Shown: positions 1 through 11,132 of the stretch, one piece after another | Position numbering within the stretch: the first letter of the stretch is position 1 | Layout: each line of letters begins with the position of its first letter | Assembly (NCBI GenBank): GCA_039189765.1 | Contig: JBCCYL010000004.1 | Coordinates: 1 to 64,000, forward strand | Reading direction: 5' to 3' | Source of the DNA: Cyanobacteria bacterium P01_F01_bin.150 | Lineage (GTDB): Bacteria > Cyanobacteriota > Cyanobacteriia > CAKZMO01 | DNA: 64,000 nt | Translations under genes and position numbers: made by a program | The notes under the pieces: model-generated | What the model saw: only the letters and a program-made list of their open reading frames with translations | The model's database searches: none | Told to the model about the DNA's origin: nothing

Positions 1-132
1 ACTAATACTTTTATTTTTAATTCTCGGGGACTCTTTTTTTCGGAAAAAAATTTTAATGGTTTGTGGGGGCCAACCCCCCCCACACTACCCGCCTAGAGTT
101 GCTACCCTAAGAATCAAGCTATATGGAGTCTT

Positions 133-1893
133 ATGCTGTCGACGATCGCGCAATTAAAGGCATGTTTTGAACAGGCTCTGGTCAGTGCCTTTGGCGAGAA
201 CTTAGCTGGAACCGATCCGCTACTAGTGCCTGCCAGTAATCCTAAATTTGGCGACTATCAGGCGAATGTGGCAATGTCATTAGCGAAGCGCCTGAAGAAT
301 AAGCCTAGGGCGATTGCAGAACAAATTGTCCAGCATTTAGACGTAAGCAATCTGTGTGAATTACCCGAGATTGCTGGACCAGGCTTTATTAACCTTCGCC
401 TCAGAACCAGCTATTTGGAACACCAACTTCAGGATATTCGCATAGACGAACGGTTGGGAGTGACCCCCGTGGCTCCCGACCAGCGGGTTATCGTGGATTA
501 CCCCAGCCCAAATATTGCTAAAGAAATGCATGTGGGCCATCTTCGTCCGTCTGTCGTTGGTGATTGTTTGTCACGAATTCTTGAATTCTTGGGCTACGAC
601 CTATTGCGCCTCAGCCATGTCGGAGATTGGGGCACCCCCTTTGGCATGCTAATCGCCTATGTCCGCGAAGCCTATCCCGATATCTTAAAAGCTGATAGCA
701 ATATCGATTTGGGAGATCTAGCGTCTTTCTATCGCAAGGCCAAGCAGCGATTTGATGAAGATACGGCATTTCAGGCAAATGCCCGCCAGTCCGTGGTGGA
801 TTTGCAGGCGGGGGATGAAGAGACCTTGAAGGCATGGCGATTGGTGTGTGATTTATCCAATCGCACAAATCAGAAGATTTTTGACTTAATGGGATTGTGC
901 GACCTAACGATTCGAGGTGAATCGTTCTATAATCCTTACCTGCTCGATGTGTTGACAGCATTGGACGAAAAAGGGCTATTAGTCGAGGACCAGGGAGCTA
1001 AATGTGTCTTCCTAGAAGGTTTCATGAATAAGGATGGCAACCCGCTACCGCTAATTGTGCAAAAGTCTGATGGCGGCTTTAACTATGCCACAACCGACCT
1101 AGCCGCCATTCGCTATCGCTTGGATGAGGACAAGGCAAAGCGGGTGATTTATCCAGTGGGGGCTGAGCAGACGAATCACTTTGCGCAAGTGTTCCAAGTT
1201 GGGCGACGGGCTGGATGGTTGACGGATGACGTGACATTTGTCCACACGCCTTTTGGCATGGTGTTGGGAGAGGATGGTTCCAAGCTCAAGAGCCGGTCTG
1301 GGGAAGCGCCAAAGCTCCATGAGCTGCTAGAGGATGCGATCGCCTATGCCCGCAATGATTTTGAAACCCGTCTCAAAGAGGAAGGACGAGAAGAGCCAGA
1401 GGACTTTGTAGAACATGTCTCCAGGGTAATCGGCATTAGCGCCATTAAATATTCCGACCTGAGTCAAAATCGTACCAGCAACTATATCTTTAATCTGGAG
1501 CGGATGCTGGCCCTCCAGGGGAATACGGCTCCCTATATGATGAATGCCTATGTGCGGGTTCGGGGGATTGGCCGTAAAGGTAATATTGATTTTGATGCTT
1601 TAGGTGAGAATCAAACCGTTTCCCTTGGAGAAGAGTTTGAATTCACCTTGGCCAAGCATATTTTGCAACTGGATGAAATTTTAGCGGAGATTGACAAAGA
1701 TCTTCTGCCCAATCGTTTATGCCAATATCTATTTGAACTCAGCCAAAAATTCAATCAGTTTTACGAAAACTGCCCAGTTCTCAAAGCAGAAGAGCCTACC
1801 CGCACGTCTCGGTTGATTCTGTGTGATCTGACCGCACGAACAATTAAATTAGGACTTTCTTTGTTGGGGATTCCAGTGCTCGATCGAATTTGA
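133..1893 (+). CDS. argS: arginine--tRNA ligase
   Basis: FGDYQAN N-terminal motif, [14 protein letters not shown] (HIGH-like), KLKSR (KMSKS-like), GNTAPY and C-terminal DALR domain. Confidence 0.97.
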   Translation: MLSTIAQLKACFEQALVSAFGENLAGTDPLLVPASNPKFGDYQANVAMSLAKRLKNKPRAIAEQIVQHLDVSNLCELPEIAGPGFINLRLRTSYLEHQLQDIRIDERLGVTPVAPDQRVIVDYPSPNIAKEMHVGHLRPSVVGDCLSRILEFLGYDLLRLSHVGDWGTPFGMLIAYVREAYPDILKADSNIDLGDLASFYRKAKQRFDEDTAFQANARQSVVDLQAGDEETLKAWRLVCDLSNRTNQKIFDLMGLCDLTIRGESFYNPYLLDVLTALDEKGLLVEDQGAKCVFLEGFMNKDGNPLPLIVQKSDGGFNYATTDLAAIRYRLDEDKAKRVIYPVGAEQTNHFAQVFQVGRRAGWLTDDVTFVHTPFGMVLGEDGSKLKSRSGEAPKLHELLEDAIAYARNDFETRLKEEGREEPEDFVEHVSRVIGISAIKYSDLSQNRTSNYIFNLERMLALQGNTAPYMMNAYVRVRGIGRKGNIDFDALGENQTVSLGEEFEFTLAKHILQLDEILAEIDKDLLPNRLCQYLFELSQKFNQFYENCPVLKAEEPTRTSRLILCDLTARTIKLGLSLLGIPVLDRI

Positions 1894-1912
1894 AGGCGAT
1901 CGCTTTAATTAT

Positions 1913-1988
1913 GTCAACGTTTAAACGGGTGGAGGGGGCGTTTCGCGCCCCCTCCACCGCTAATTTTATTTCGCCTTAAAACGAACCC
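1913..1988. repeat. REP-like palindromic dispersed element (also a likely terminator between convergent genes)
   Basis: GGTGGAGGGGGCG-TTTCG-CGCCCCCTCCACC hairpin with flanks (TCAAC-TTTAA..., TTCGCCTTAAAACGAA) shared with other copies in the window. Confidence 0.7.
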
Positions 1989-2009
1989 ATTCTAAAAATG
2001 CATGATGAC

Positions 2010-2735
2010 CTAAGCCTGCTTAGCAGAAGCAATAGAGTCAACCTTACTGACAGAGTCAGCAGGAATACACAACAGGTTGTCACCATAATTACTAATCAAC
2101 CGCCGCTGCCTCAGTTTACCCATAAGGCGTGTGACGGTCACCCGCGTAGAACCAATTGCGCTACCAATTTGGGCATGGGTTAGTAGCCACGGTAAACAAT
2201 AACCTTCATCACAGGGTTCTCCGTACTCTTCAATCAGCAGAGTCAGAAAACCCAGCAATCGATCAATAGTACGGCGCTGCCCTAGAGTACTTAGCCACAG
2301 TAGTTTTCGCTGGTGCTGATACCGAAAAGCATCTAACACTTCTCGGCGAAAATGGGGCCAGTTATCTAGATCGTGCCAATACATCCAAATAATGGCAGTC
2401 TGATCAACATGGGCGAAACTTTGGAGGGTGAACGGCGACTGGGCCACTATTTCGAAGGGCTGTCCTGCCCCTACAAAGCCGAGAAAGGCTTCCTCTGCGT
2501 TCATTTGGGCCATTCCAGACGTAAGTCCCTCGGGTGGAGAAGCGCTCATTTGAGCATCCCCTACTAACCGAATAGCTCCCCGCTCTACTAGATAAAGAAG
2601 CCCAGGCCTTGCAGGAACTCGTTCGTCCTTACTAAATGTTCGAAATCGGTAATGCTCTTGCGCCCAATCACTGATCCGTTGCCAAGTGAGAAATGGACGG
2701 GCATTGTCAGGAGAAGTTGAAGATGCTGAGTACAT
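2010..2735 (-). CDS. devH: Crp/Fnr family transcriptional regulator, DevH-like
   Basis: RPFLTWQRI-DWAQEHYR N-terminus typical of cyanobacterial DevH; C-terminal HTH LTHAQIGSAIGSTRVTVTRLMG. Confidence 0.8.
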   Translation of the reverse strand: MYSASSTSPDNARPFLTWQRISDWAQEHYRFRTFSKDERVPARPGLLYLVERGAIRLVGDAQMSASPPEGLTSGMAQMNAEEAFLGFVGAGQPFEIVAQSPFTLQSFAHVDQTAIIWMYWHDLDNWPHFRREVLDAFRYQHQRKLLWLSTLGQRRTIDRLLGFLTLLIEEYGEPCDEGYCLPWLLTHAQIGSAIGSTRVTVTRLMGKLRQRRLISNYGDNLLCIPADSVSKVDSIASAKQA

Positions 2736-3078
2736 AGTTAGATAGAGGGGCTTCCTGTAAGGAACATAAAAACTTACCTTTACACAAGTGACCTAACTGT
2801 AGGGGCATAGCCAGATCAACACCTAAATTTATAACGAGGCTCATACCGAGAAGGACAAGGCCGATGGAACACATTAGCGACCTATCCTCAACAAAGAACT
2901 ATATCCGAGTTAATTTGAACACATCTTTGCCGGAAAAGCACATAGGTCATTAGTAAAACTTTACAACATTTAGGGGATGCTTAAGTGATATCACGGTCTA
3001 GTCGATTTTGTCCACTTATAGACCTATATTCTGTTAAATAGCTTACAAAGTACGGAATAAATTGCTTATTTTTGGGAT

Positions 3079-4269
3079 GTGGATGAAATGAATGAGGATA
3101 GTTGCCCTAAAATCCCGTATGCTGGGCTGTCTTTTCAATATCTATTACAGGAGGCCATTTTGTGGTCCGTTTGTAAAACAGCCTCAGAATTGGGCATAAA
3201 ACCTGATGGGACCGTACTCCCAGTCAACCTGAAAACTCTACCCCCACATAAAAATCGGCAGAGCACATTTATCACATATCAAACAGCGATCGCTATTAAA
3301 CTATCACATCGGTGGAATAAGCCACTGGATGACGTTGTTGAACTTATAGATAGGTATCTTCAGGAGCTTATCAACGGCAACCTAGATGAGCAGACAGCCA
3401 AGTTCACAAGCGTTACTTTATCTTCCCAGGCAAAAATGATTTATCGAACGTTGACTTTTTGTCGAACTACAGTTGGGTATATTCAGCTTTGTGTAAGGTC
3501 CGATACTTTAATGACTTGGCTACGGGCATTGCAAAGGACGTTAGCCGAAGACCATATCGCCGACGAGTATCGGAGCAATTTGCAGGGTCTTGGAGAAAAG
3601 CCAGAGATAACCTACGGACATTGGTCTGCACGCCCTTTAATCTGTCCACCCTGTCACATCAGCTTGAACAATATTCCTTTTTCTATCTTGCATGCCTATG
3701 CCCGTGCATGTTCCATCCTACGACTGGCCAATAGCATGGGACAGATTCAGTTGCGTTCTCTTCATCCAAACAGCCGTCCTATGTCTGCGGCAATGACCAA
3801 TACAGTGACGCCAAATATCTTGTACCCGCCCTTTGTCATTGATTATCCCAAAGAGCTACCATGGCAGGCCCTATTGTTAGTCCTTCAAAACAGAGAAACA
3901 TCTCAGACCGAAAAGTATTCAGATAAGGCAGGGCAAAGCAGAACAGACCAGAGCAAGATCGCTAATGATTTAATCTTAGAGACACTGCTAAATATCATCA
4001 CAACTTTAGATCTGGCATTTGGGAGCCATATAGCTGAGTACCGTCAGAATCTGGATGCAAAAAAACGGTTGAAGGCAATTGTCGATTTGGGTACTGCGTT
4101 CCATTTATTTGATAATGAATTTAATGTATGCGGGATCCATTCTCGTCACCGATCCCATCTATCGCATTTATATTTAATTTTTATTATTCAGCGAATTTTA
4201 CACGATTTATTACTCCACACATTTGAGGGTGCGAGGTTATGGCTTGAAACGCTTAATCAGTACTATTAG
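3079..4269 (+). CDS. DALR anticodon-binding-domain protein (degenerate ArgRS-like, no catalytic core)
   Basis: YQTAIAIKLSH resembles the ArgRS N-terminal domain; HAYARACSILRLA resembles the start of a DALR domain; no HIGH or KMSKS motif. Confidence 0.65.
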   Translation: MDEMNEDSCPKIPYAGLSFQYLLQEAILWSVCKTASELGIKPDGTVLPVNLKTLPPHKNRQSTFITYQTAIAIKLSHRWNKPLDDVVELIDRYLQELINGNLDEQTAKFTSVTLSSQAKMIYRTLTFCRTTVGYIQLCVRSDTLMTWLRALQRTLAEDHIADEYRSNLQGLGEKPEITYGHWSARPLICPPCHISLNNIPFSILHAYARACSILRLANSMGQIQLRSLHPNSRPMSAAMTNTVTPNILYPPFVIDYPKELPWQALLLVLQNRETSQTEKYSDKAGQSRTDQSKIANDLILETLLNIITTLDLAFGSHIAEYRQNLDAKKRLKAIVDLGTAFHLFDNEFNVCGIHSRHRSHLSHLYLIFIIQRILHDLLLHTFEGARLWLETLNQYY

Positions 4270-4424
4270 TAGGGGTTTCACCCTTAAATAGCAAGAATGA
4301 TCTACTTAGAGGATTGTGTCACACCCCTCCAAATCAAACTTCCAGGTGAATAGTATGCCATGAGTATTTATTCACAAAAAAATAGAAAAAAAGATGACAA
4401 GCTGAGATGGCTATGCTAACCTAT

Positions 4425-4492
4425 GGTTGTGTGAGGAGCGAACCAGCAAGAGTGCCGAGACGAAACACGGTCAGTCGTCGGCACTCTTTCTG
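4425..4492 (+). ncRNA. yfr2: Yfr2-family small RNA
   Basis: 5' GTGTGAGGAG motif, then stem AAGAGTGCCGA/TCGGCACTCTT whose loop contains GAAACA; TATGCT -10-like box at 4412-4417. Confidence 0.75.
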
Positions 4493-4828
4493 ACTTTAAA
4501 GCGATGTATGATTACTACGATTAGGATCTCGAGTATGCAGATGCAAGTCTGTTTCCTGAGGATAACCTCTAATTTAACGGGTTAATCTGACTCCAAAATT
4601 TGGGAAAGAATTAAAACTATATTTCCCCAAAAAACATCTTTTTTAATACTCTTTTTACTATTCAGCTCCGAAACCTGTAAGCTACTGTTTATATGCTCTA
4701 CAGGTTTTTGATGATATCCTGACATTACATAAATAATCTGGATTGGTAATAGAGTTTACAAATGTGGGGATCATGCGATGTTACGGTCTTATAGCTAATA
4801 AAAAAAATTTGAAAGCTCCTCAAAACCT

Positions 4829-5206
4829 ATGGCTCAAGTTATTGATTCCGTTCCATTAAATTGTCCAGAATTATGCTGTTGCTATGTCAACAGATCTAGT
4901 AAGATTCAGATTGTTCGTATTACAAACGTCGAAAACTGGTATTTTGAGCGTGTCGTTTTTCCGGGGCAGCGATTAATGTTCGAGGCTCCTTCAGACGCAT
5001 TGCTTGAGGTGCATTGTGGTATGATAGCTAGCTCCATTTTGTCCGATACGATCCCTTGTACGCGTTTAAGCTTGCAAGATGCTGGCGTAGCGCAGTTTGC
5101 ATCACCATTGCATCAGGCAATGGATGTGCAAGAAGATTCGTTGAATCGGGTAGAAGGCGATGACGGGCATAATATGCTAGCAATTTCTCCATCAGTCGCC
5201 TCCTAG
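4829..5206 (+). CDS. DUF1830-type cyanobacterial protein
   Basis: CCYVN-S-KIQIVRITN---WYFERVVFPGQRLMFEAP motif. Confidence 0.8.
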   Translation: MAQVIDSVPLNCPELCCCYVNRSSKIQIVRITNVENWYFERVVFPGQRLMFEAPSDALLEVHCGMIASSILSDTIPCTRLSLQDAGVAQFASPLHQAMDVQEDSLNRVEGDDGHNMLAISPSVAS

Positions 5207-5319
5207 GGCAGAAGACTAGTTAAAGATCGCTATGTGAGAGTTACATAAACCATATTTTAAAATATTCGGTTTTGAGGCTGTCAGGGAGTACATTCCCTGG
5301 CAGTTTTTTATAGCTCTAT

Positions 5320-6933
5320 CTATGTGGCGTTACTTCCTAAAACAAAAAGACCTAACATCGTTGCACTATTCCATAAACTGTGAACCATCATAGGGGCAAG
5401 TAAGTTTTTAGTGCGTGTATAAACGAAGCCCAATACCATTCCCAAAATCATCAAGGGTAGGATCTCGGACACGCTAAGATGAGCAGCAGCAAAAATAAAG
5501 CTGCTGAGAGCGATCGCGCCCCAAGTGGACATATATCGAGTCATGGAAGGCAGGATAAACCCTCTAAATAGAATTTCTTCAAAAATAGGTGCCGCGATCG
5601 CAGCTGTGAAAAAAAAGATGCCAAGGGCAAAGGGATCCCCCTCTTCCAGTACAGTTTGCAGCAAAGGATTGCTCCCACCTCGGCCTTGCCAAAAAGCCTG
5701 ATTCACCACTGAAACGCCAATGACCAAAGGAATGGCCACCATATAGCCCGAGAATCCCCATAGCCACCATTTTTCCTGAAGATTGATGCGAAACCAATTT
5801 TTCTCAAAGGGCTGATACTTTTTAATCGACACATACAAAACAGCCAGGGTCGCTATTGACATCAAGCTATAGATTGTCAGGGTAGAAATAGCAGTTATCC
5901 GTCCACCGCCTAACCCAGCCATGGCTCCTAGCTGAGCAATTGTGGGCTTAAACGCTTCAAAAAATAGAGGAACGATAACCTGACCCACAATAAAGAAGCC
6001 CACCACCACCACCTGCCAGGTAATTTCCCAATTCCAAGGCGTTTCCCAGGTTTGGGCGTTGCCTTCCGCTAGCATAGCGTCTTGGCCGTTGATAACTCGT
6101 TGAACGACGAGGAAAACGATCAGCCCAATTCCCACAATGCATCCTAAAACAGGTCCCACACTCAGAAGTGCCAACTTTTTGACGGTCTGTTGGGCGATCG
6201 CCTGTTCCTCCTTTTGAAGAGTCGCTAGTGCGTCAGCATCTTGCTGCAGATCGTAGAGGCGGGTGAGGGCGCGATCGCGAAACCAGCCTGTTAACTGACG
6301 TTGGATCTGTGGTTCCATCTCAGCCGAGACTTCAGGAGGATTGGACCATAGCTGAACTAAAAGGGATCCGAGAGTTCGATTATCGATAAAAGACTCCGAC
6401 AGGCTAGACCAACTTGTCCGGGCCGATTCAAGATCCCCCTGATAGGCATGGAGAATACCAATATTAATCTTTAACTGATTAATTAGTCGTTCTTGATCGA
6501 AAAGCTTGGTACGGATACTTTTTATTTGCAGTTCCTGTGGGGTCAATTCAGACGATAAGAGCAAAGAGGAGTCGGTCTTGGCATCCAAATTGTCGGAGGA
6601 AGAAGCAAGGCTTTCTTCTAGCTCTTTTGCTTTCGTCTGTAGTGCTTCTAAATTCTTTTGAGCGGTTTTTCGGGTATCCTGATAGGCCTTGAGGGCCGTT
6701 TCTCCGGGTTTTTTACCGACAAGTGCCATTTGAAGCGGTCCAAACTGTTGTCCAAACTGCCCGTCATCACCTGCTAGTTTGAGTTCACTCGCTTGTAAAA
6801 GCAGGTCCGTTTGATGGAGTTCTAACCGATCGGTAATTTGTTGTTCTTGAATACTGCTAATCAGGGCTGGTCCTGCCAGAAATAGCAGTACAACCACAGT
6901 TAATATCGATAAAATCCCTTGTCTAAGTGTCAT
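5320..6933 (-). CDS. CPBP (CAAX/Abi) family intramembrane glutamic endopeptidase
   Basis: APIFEEILFRG, FAAAH and HSLWN motifs with multiple TM helices. Confidence 0.92.
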   Translation of the reverse strand: MTLRQGILSILTVVVLLFLAGPALISSIQEQQITDRLELHQTDLLLQASELKLAGDDGQFGQQFGPLQMALVGKKPGETALKAYQDTRKTAQKNLEALQTKAKELEESLASSSDNLDAKTDSSLLLSSELTPQELQIKSIRTKLFDQERLINQLKINIGILHAYQGDLESARTSWSSLSESFIDNRTLGSLLVQLWSNPPEVSAEMEPQIQRQLTGWFRDRALTRLYDLQQDADALATLQKEEQAIAQQTVKKLALLSVGPVLGCIVGIGLIVFLVVQRVINGQDAMLAEGNAQTWETPWNWEITWQVVVVGFFIVGQVIVPLFFEAFKPTIAQLGAMAGLGGGRITAISTLTIYSLMSIATLAVLYVSIKKYQPFEKNWFRINLQEKWWLWGFSGYMVAIPLVIGVSVVNQAFWQGRGGSNPLLQTVLEEGDPFALGIFFFTAAIAAPIFEEILFRGFILPSMTRYMSTWGAIALSSFIFAAAHLSVSEILPLMILGMVLGFVYTRTKNLLAPMMVHSLWNSATMLGLFVLGSNAT

Positions 6934-7123
6934 TCCCTCATCCTTGCTAATATCCCTGGCCGATCTTTTAGGAGTGGCTTTTCAGGCATTATCTCACTCC
7001 TGCTCCAGAATCTGCCCATCAAAACGCTAGCGAAATCACGATAGAATTGCACGGGGATTTTCGCTAGATTAGCAGGATTAATCAGGGAAATTACGTAGGG
7101 ATATTAGGATAGCTGGAGCAATT

Positions 7124-8497
7124 ATGACAACTCGAGTAATTTTGGTTCGCCATGGCGAGAGTACCTACAACGTGCAAAAGCGGGTTCAGGGTCTGTGTGA
7201 TGAATCGACATTGACAGAAAAGGGGCGAATTGGAGCTCGTCAAGTAGGGGCATCACTTCACGGCATGCATCTTGATGCCATTTATAGCAGTCCATTGCGC
7301 AGAGCAAAATCCACAGCAGAGCTGATTATGGAAACGTTGCCAGAAGAGGGGCAATCATTACCAGCTTTACAACTAAAAGATACCCTGCGTGAGGTGAACT
7401 TATTTGCCTGGGAAGGAATGAGCTTTAACGCGATCGCCGATCAACATCCCGACGATTTTAAGTGCTGGAAAGAGCGTCCCCACGAATTAATGATGACCAT
7501 TCCTACCCCAGAAGGGGATATTGAAATGTATCCGATCGTGTCTGTTTACGAACAAGCACGAAAATTTTGGGATGAGGTGTTACCCAGCCATGTCGATCAA
7601 ACTATTTTGGTTGTGGGTCATAGCGTGATTAACCGAGCCTTGATTCAAACGGCGATGGGATTAGGTTCCCAGGATTTAATGTCGTTTCATCTAGCTAACT
7701 GTAGCATCAGTATTCTAAATATTGGTCAGGAACTCGGTAAAAGCGTACAGCTAGAGTCCTTAAATCTCACTGCCCATCTAGGGAATCCCATTCCTGCAAC
7801 CCGGCCCAAAAACAAAGGCCCCCGTTTTCTATTAGTCCGTCATGGAGAGACTGACTGGAACCGAGACGGACGATTCCAGGGTCAAATTGATATTCCATTA
7901 AATGAAAATGGCCGGAGTCAAGCTCAAAAATGTTCTGATTTTTTGGCTCCTGTGGCCATCGATAAAGCCTTAACCAGTTCCCTGTCTCGTCCCAAAGAAA
8001 CGGCTGAAATTATCTTGTCACAGCATCCTGGTGTGCAAAAGCTAGAAACCACCGATACGCTAATTGAAATTAGCCACGGTTCTTGGGAAGGCAAGCTAGA
8101 AACGGAAATCCGCGAAGACTATGCCAACGAGCTGGAACAGTGGCAAACGGACCCTCATACGGTCCAAATGCCTGAAGGCGAGAATTTAGATGATGTATGG
8201 CGTCGGGCCAAAGCGGGTTGGGAAGAAGTGATCGCCCTTGCAACTCAAGATACCGACAATGGCGGCAAAGATATGGTGGTGCTGGTGACGGCCCATGATG
8301 CGATCAATAAAGCGATTCTTTGCCAGGTTGTCGGTTGGGGACCGGAGGAATTTTGGAAGTTTAAGCAGGGCAATGGCGCGGTCAGCGTGATCGACTATCC
8401 CCACGGGGTTGAAGGAAAGCCACTGCTCCAGGCGATGAACATTACCACCTTCTTTGGTGCTGGTGTATTGGATAAAACGGCGGCTGGCGCACTGTAG
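7124..8497 (+). CDS. tandem-domain histidine phosphatase (phosphoglycerate mutase family; phosphoserine phosphatase-like)
   Basis: Two RHGE motifs (LVRHGESTYN, LVRHGETDWN). Confidence 0.9.
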   Translation: MTTRVILVRHGESTYNVQKRVQGLCDESTLTEKGRIGARQVGASLHGMHLDAIYSSPLRRAKSTAELIMETLPEEGQSLPALQLKDTLREVNLFAWEGMSFNAIADQHPDDFKCWKERPHELMMTIPTPEGDIEMYPIVSVYEQARKFWDEVLPSHVDQTILVVGHSVINRALIQTAMGLGSQDLMSFHLANCSISILNIGQELGKSVQLESLNLTAHLGNPIPATRPKNKGPRFLLVRHGETDWNRDGRFQGQIDIPLNENGRSQAQKCSDFLAPVAIDKALTSSLSRPKETAEIILSQHPGVQKLETTDTLIEISHGSWEGKLETEIREDYANELEQWQTDPHTVQMPEGENLDDVWRRAKAGWEEVIALATQDTDNGGKDMVVLVTAHDAINKAILCQVVGWGPEEFWKFKQGNGAVSVIDYPHGVEGKPLLQAMNITTFFGAGVLDKTAAGAL

Positions 8498-8523
8498 TGC
8501 TCGACTAATGACCTTTAAAAAAA

Positions 8524-8566
8524 CCGCCGATGGCTTCCTGGGGGCTTTAGGAAAGGCCATCAGCGG
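8524..8566 (+). terminator. GC-rich hairpin downstream of the histidine phosphatase gene
   Basis: CCGCCGATGGCTTCCT...AGGAAAGGCCATCAGCGG imperfect inverted repeat. Confidence 0.5.
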
Positions 8567-9080
8567 CTGTAGGAGCTAGTGAAATCAGAAGAAGGAGGAG
8601 GAGGAGTGGGGGCTCTGAGATAGGAGCTATTTATCTCGATGTCATTACTATCGGCCTATTTCTTTTTGGTCTCAATGGGACCTATGACACTTGTTGATAT
8701 TGGGATATTTTGCTAACGAAATGGGGTTCAGCGGAGATGGCTGAAAAGTAAGGAACTGGTAAGGGTTTGGGTGATGGGAGGGGCGATCGCTTATTTAATA
8801 GTGGTGTTAGCTGTTTAGGGTCAGTTCTGAAAGTGGCGATCTGAAAAGCAAGCGCAGGAGTCAAGGGCGCATTTTGAAGAGGATTTTTGTTGAGGCATAT
8901 TAGCTATCAAGGCGGTGGGGCGCTGTAGGCTAGGGGCGTTTGGTAGCTCGTTATGACGATCAGTGTTGTGCGGGATGGTGATGCTGAATCACCTTGGTTG
9001 AGAGCAACGAGCGTTCAGATCGGGAGCGTTATGAGATGGCGATTAGACAGCTAAGGGAGATTGATAGAGCGTAACTTGAC

Positions 9081-9485
9081 TCACTTTATTTCAATTGAAT
9101 CGGCTATCATGGCATTCTCTTGGCTTGTAGACGCTTGCCCCGTAATCAAAACTTGGACATTTGGTATCAGCCTATCGGCCTCGACATCATTTCCGTCTTG
9201 CGTGATAGTTGTCTCTGATAGAAGTTCAATATGATATTGCCCTGTCGTTGTTTCTACAGACAACTGTAATGGCCAGCTTTCCATTACCTCAGTAATTGTT
9301 CCTTCAATGTTCATAGAGTCACTGCTATTGATGACGTTGGGGGTTTCGGCAGTTGCATCATTAGTTGCATTATCAACTGTTCTCTCGGGTTGTTCTCCTG
9401 AACAGCCAACTAAGAAGGGGATCAGGACAAGCACGAGCGTGCTAACAATCGTGGATTTTAGTTGCGGTAATTGGCCGTTTTTCAT
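9081..9485 (-). CDS. putative lipoprotein
   Basis: Hydrophobic signal sequence ending LVGC (lipobox); small beta-rich C-terminal domain. Confidence 0.7.
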   Translation of the reverse strand: MKNGQLPQLKSTIVSTLVLVLIPFLVGCSGEQPERTVDNATNDATAETPNVINSSDSMNIEGTITEVMESWPLQLSVETTTGQYHIELLSETTITQDGNDVEADRLIPNVQVLITGQASTSQENAMIADSIEIK

Positions 9486-9653
9486 AGCTTACACCTTTGC
9501 TTTAAAGAAAAATTGCGCTGGATAGTGAGTGAAAAATGTTGTGTACCAAGAACACCTAAACGATCAGAATTCAGTCCGGTTTCCTTGGTACACGATGGTG
9601 ATTTAGTTAGAAATAGATCAGGCTATCTTGTGTCTTTACATCAATAAAGAGTG

Positions 9654-10622
9654 TTACGATCCAAGATTTTTCCACTCCAACATTCTGTCAAATACGGGGC
9701 GAGTGATGCGAGAGGCCTTGTTGGGACAGCCTCCATAGTTATGGATACCCACAGCATGGCGATTGCCATTCTGGTAGCGCCAGACTGGACTACCGCTGTG
9801 GCCACCAAATGTGTCAATCATATAGAAAAGACGACGATCTGTGACATTGGTGATGCGACCAGCGTTAAACCATTGGGTTCCGAATGGCTTATCTCCAGCA
9901 TAGCCAGAGTTATTCACTAATAGGTTATTGAGTGAACTATCGGATAGGCTCGTAAAGCCAAACCAACCGACTCGATTGCCCAAAGTGTTGTTTGGTAGAA
10001 TGATTGCGCCATAGTCATACTCGACTCTACGGTTTTGTGTCCACCCAGTGACACTTCTAAAAGAAGTTCCTATTTGTGAGCCATACGGACGGCTGCTAGC
10101 ATCCATTCCTGGGATGACTTCAATACGACGAGCCCAACCACCAGCAGCGTGGCTGAAAACGCAATGTCCAGCGGTCATGACGGTTCGGGGGCCAATAAAC
10201 CATCCGGTGCAACCACTTTGTCTACCATCTGCTCGGGTGATAATAAGCTTACAGATTGCTCGCCACGGATAGCTATTGGCTGGAGAAATGCGAATCCGAT
10301 TATCTGCTCCGCAAACAGATTCAGGTTCATCAAACTCCATTGCACCGGAATCAGCAAGGTTTTTGAGTTCTGCGGTAATAGGAACATCTTCACCGATTGT
10401 GCCTTCGTTGAGTGCATGGGACGGATCAAAACCTACAACGGCTTCAATATCTCCCAATGGTGCGAGGCCATCAAAACTTTCCGAAATAAGGTCCTGATCA
10501 TTGCTCTCAATTGCACTTTCACTAGACACCGATTCGTGTGGGTTCTCTGCGCTAGGAGAGGCTGCGGGTGTTGGTTGATTTAAGCTATCGGTATCGGAGG
10601 AAACGTTATCATGATCTGTCAT
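9654..10622 (-). CDS. V8/glutamyl endopeptidase-like trypsin-family serine protease
   Basis: CTGWFIGPRTVMTAGHC, YDYGAI and GHSGSPV catalytic motifs; acidic N-terminal pro-region. Confidence 0.92.
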   Translation of the reverse strand: MTDHDNVSSDTDSLNQPTPAASPSAENPHESVSSESAIESNDQDLISESFDGLAPLGDIEAVVGFDPSHALNEGTIGEDVPITAELKNLADSGAMEFDEPESVCGADNRIRISPANSYPWRAICKLIITRADGRQSGCTGWFIGPRTVMTAGHCVFSHAAGGWARRIEVIPGMDASSRPYGSQIGTSFRSVTGWTQNRRVEYDYGAIILPNNTLGNRVGWFGFTSLSDSSLNNLLVNNSGYAGDKPFGTQWFNAGRITNVTDRRLFYMIDTFGGHSGSPVWRYQNGNRHAVGIHNYGGCPNKASRITRPVFDRMLEWKNLGS

Positions 10623-10652
10623 TTATTTTGGGCTCCTGAGATATTCGGCTCA

Positions 10653-10763
10653 GAGGGTGGCTGAAAAGGGGCATCGCATCATGAAAAATAGCAGTTTCAG
10701 CCATTGAAGTTCAATGCAAAAATCGCGATTTTAGCCTTCAGCTTTGGCTTTTCAGACACCCTC
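10653..10763. mobile_element. MITE (111 bp), IS5/IS1031-like ends
   Basis: TIRs GAGGGTGGCTGAAAAG / CTTTTCAGACACCCTC (15/16 match) flanked by a 3-bp direct repeat TCA on both sides; no ORF. Confidence 0.75.
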
Positions 10764-11132
10764 TCAAAGTAATTATTGAAAGTGGTTATAGGCAATCGAA
10801 ACCATGATTAACCACACACAATGACCATCATGACAACCGAAGAAAGGTCATGCCAGTACCTCTAGGGGTACTTTCGATGATAATTTTTGTAAAATTCGTT
10901 CAGTTTTGGTTTGAAGAAAGTAACCGAGGGTAAGCGCCTGGAACCATCCCGTCGCTGTCCGAGAGAACAACTTGAGGCAGGCAAACACTCCACCATCGAG
11001 TATGGTCTAGATGTAAACAATGTTCAGCCCAGCGCTTACTGACCTTAATTTCGTTGCATATTAAAACCAATCATCCCCATATCTCCTATAATGCAGTGAA
11101 TTAGTTACGAATGTAATGAATCTTAGCGTGGC

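Noticed and set aside
1..90. Homopolymer-rich stretch as a regulatory feature
   Set aside because: It looks like a degraded or low-quality copy of the REP-like element near a sequence end, so it is not interpretable.
8570..9060. ORF 8682..8864 and purine-rich GGA run
   Set aside because: Short, low complexity, and no recognisable motif or RBS.
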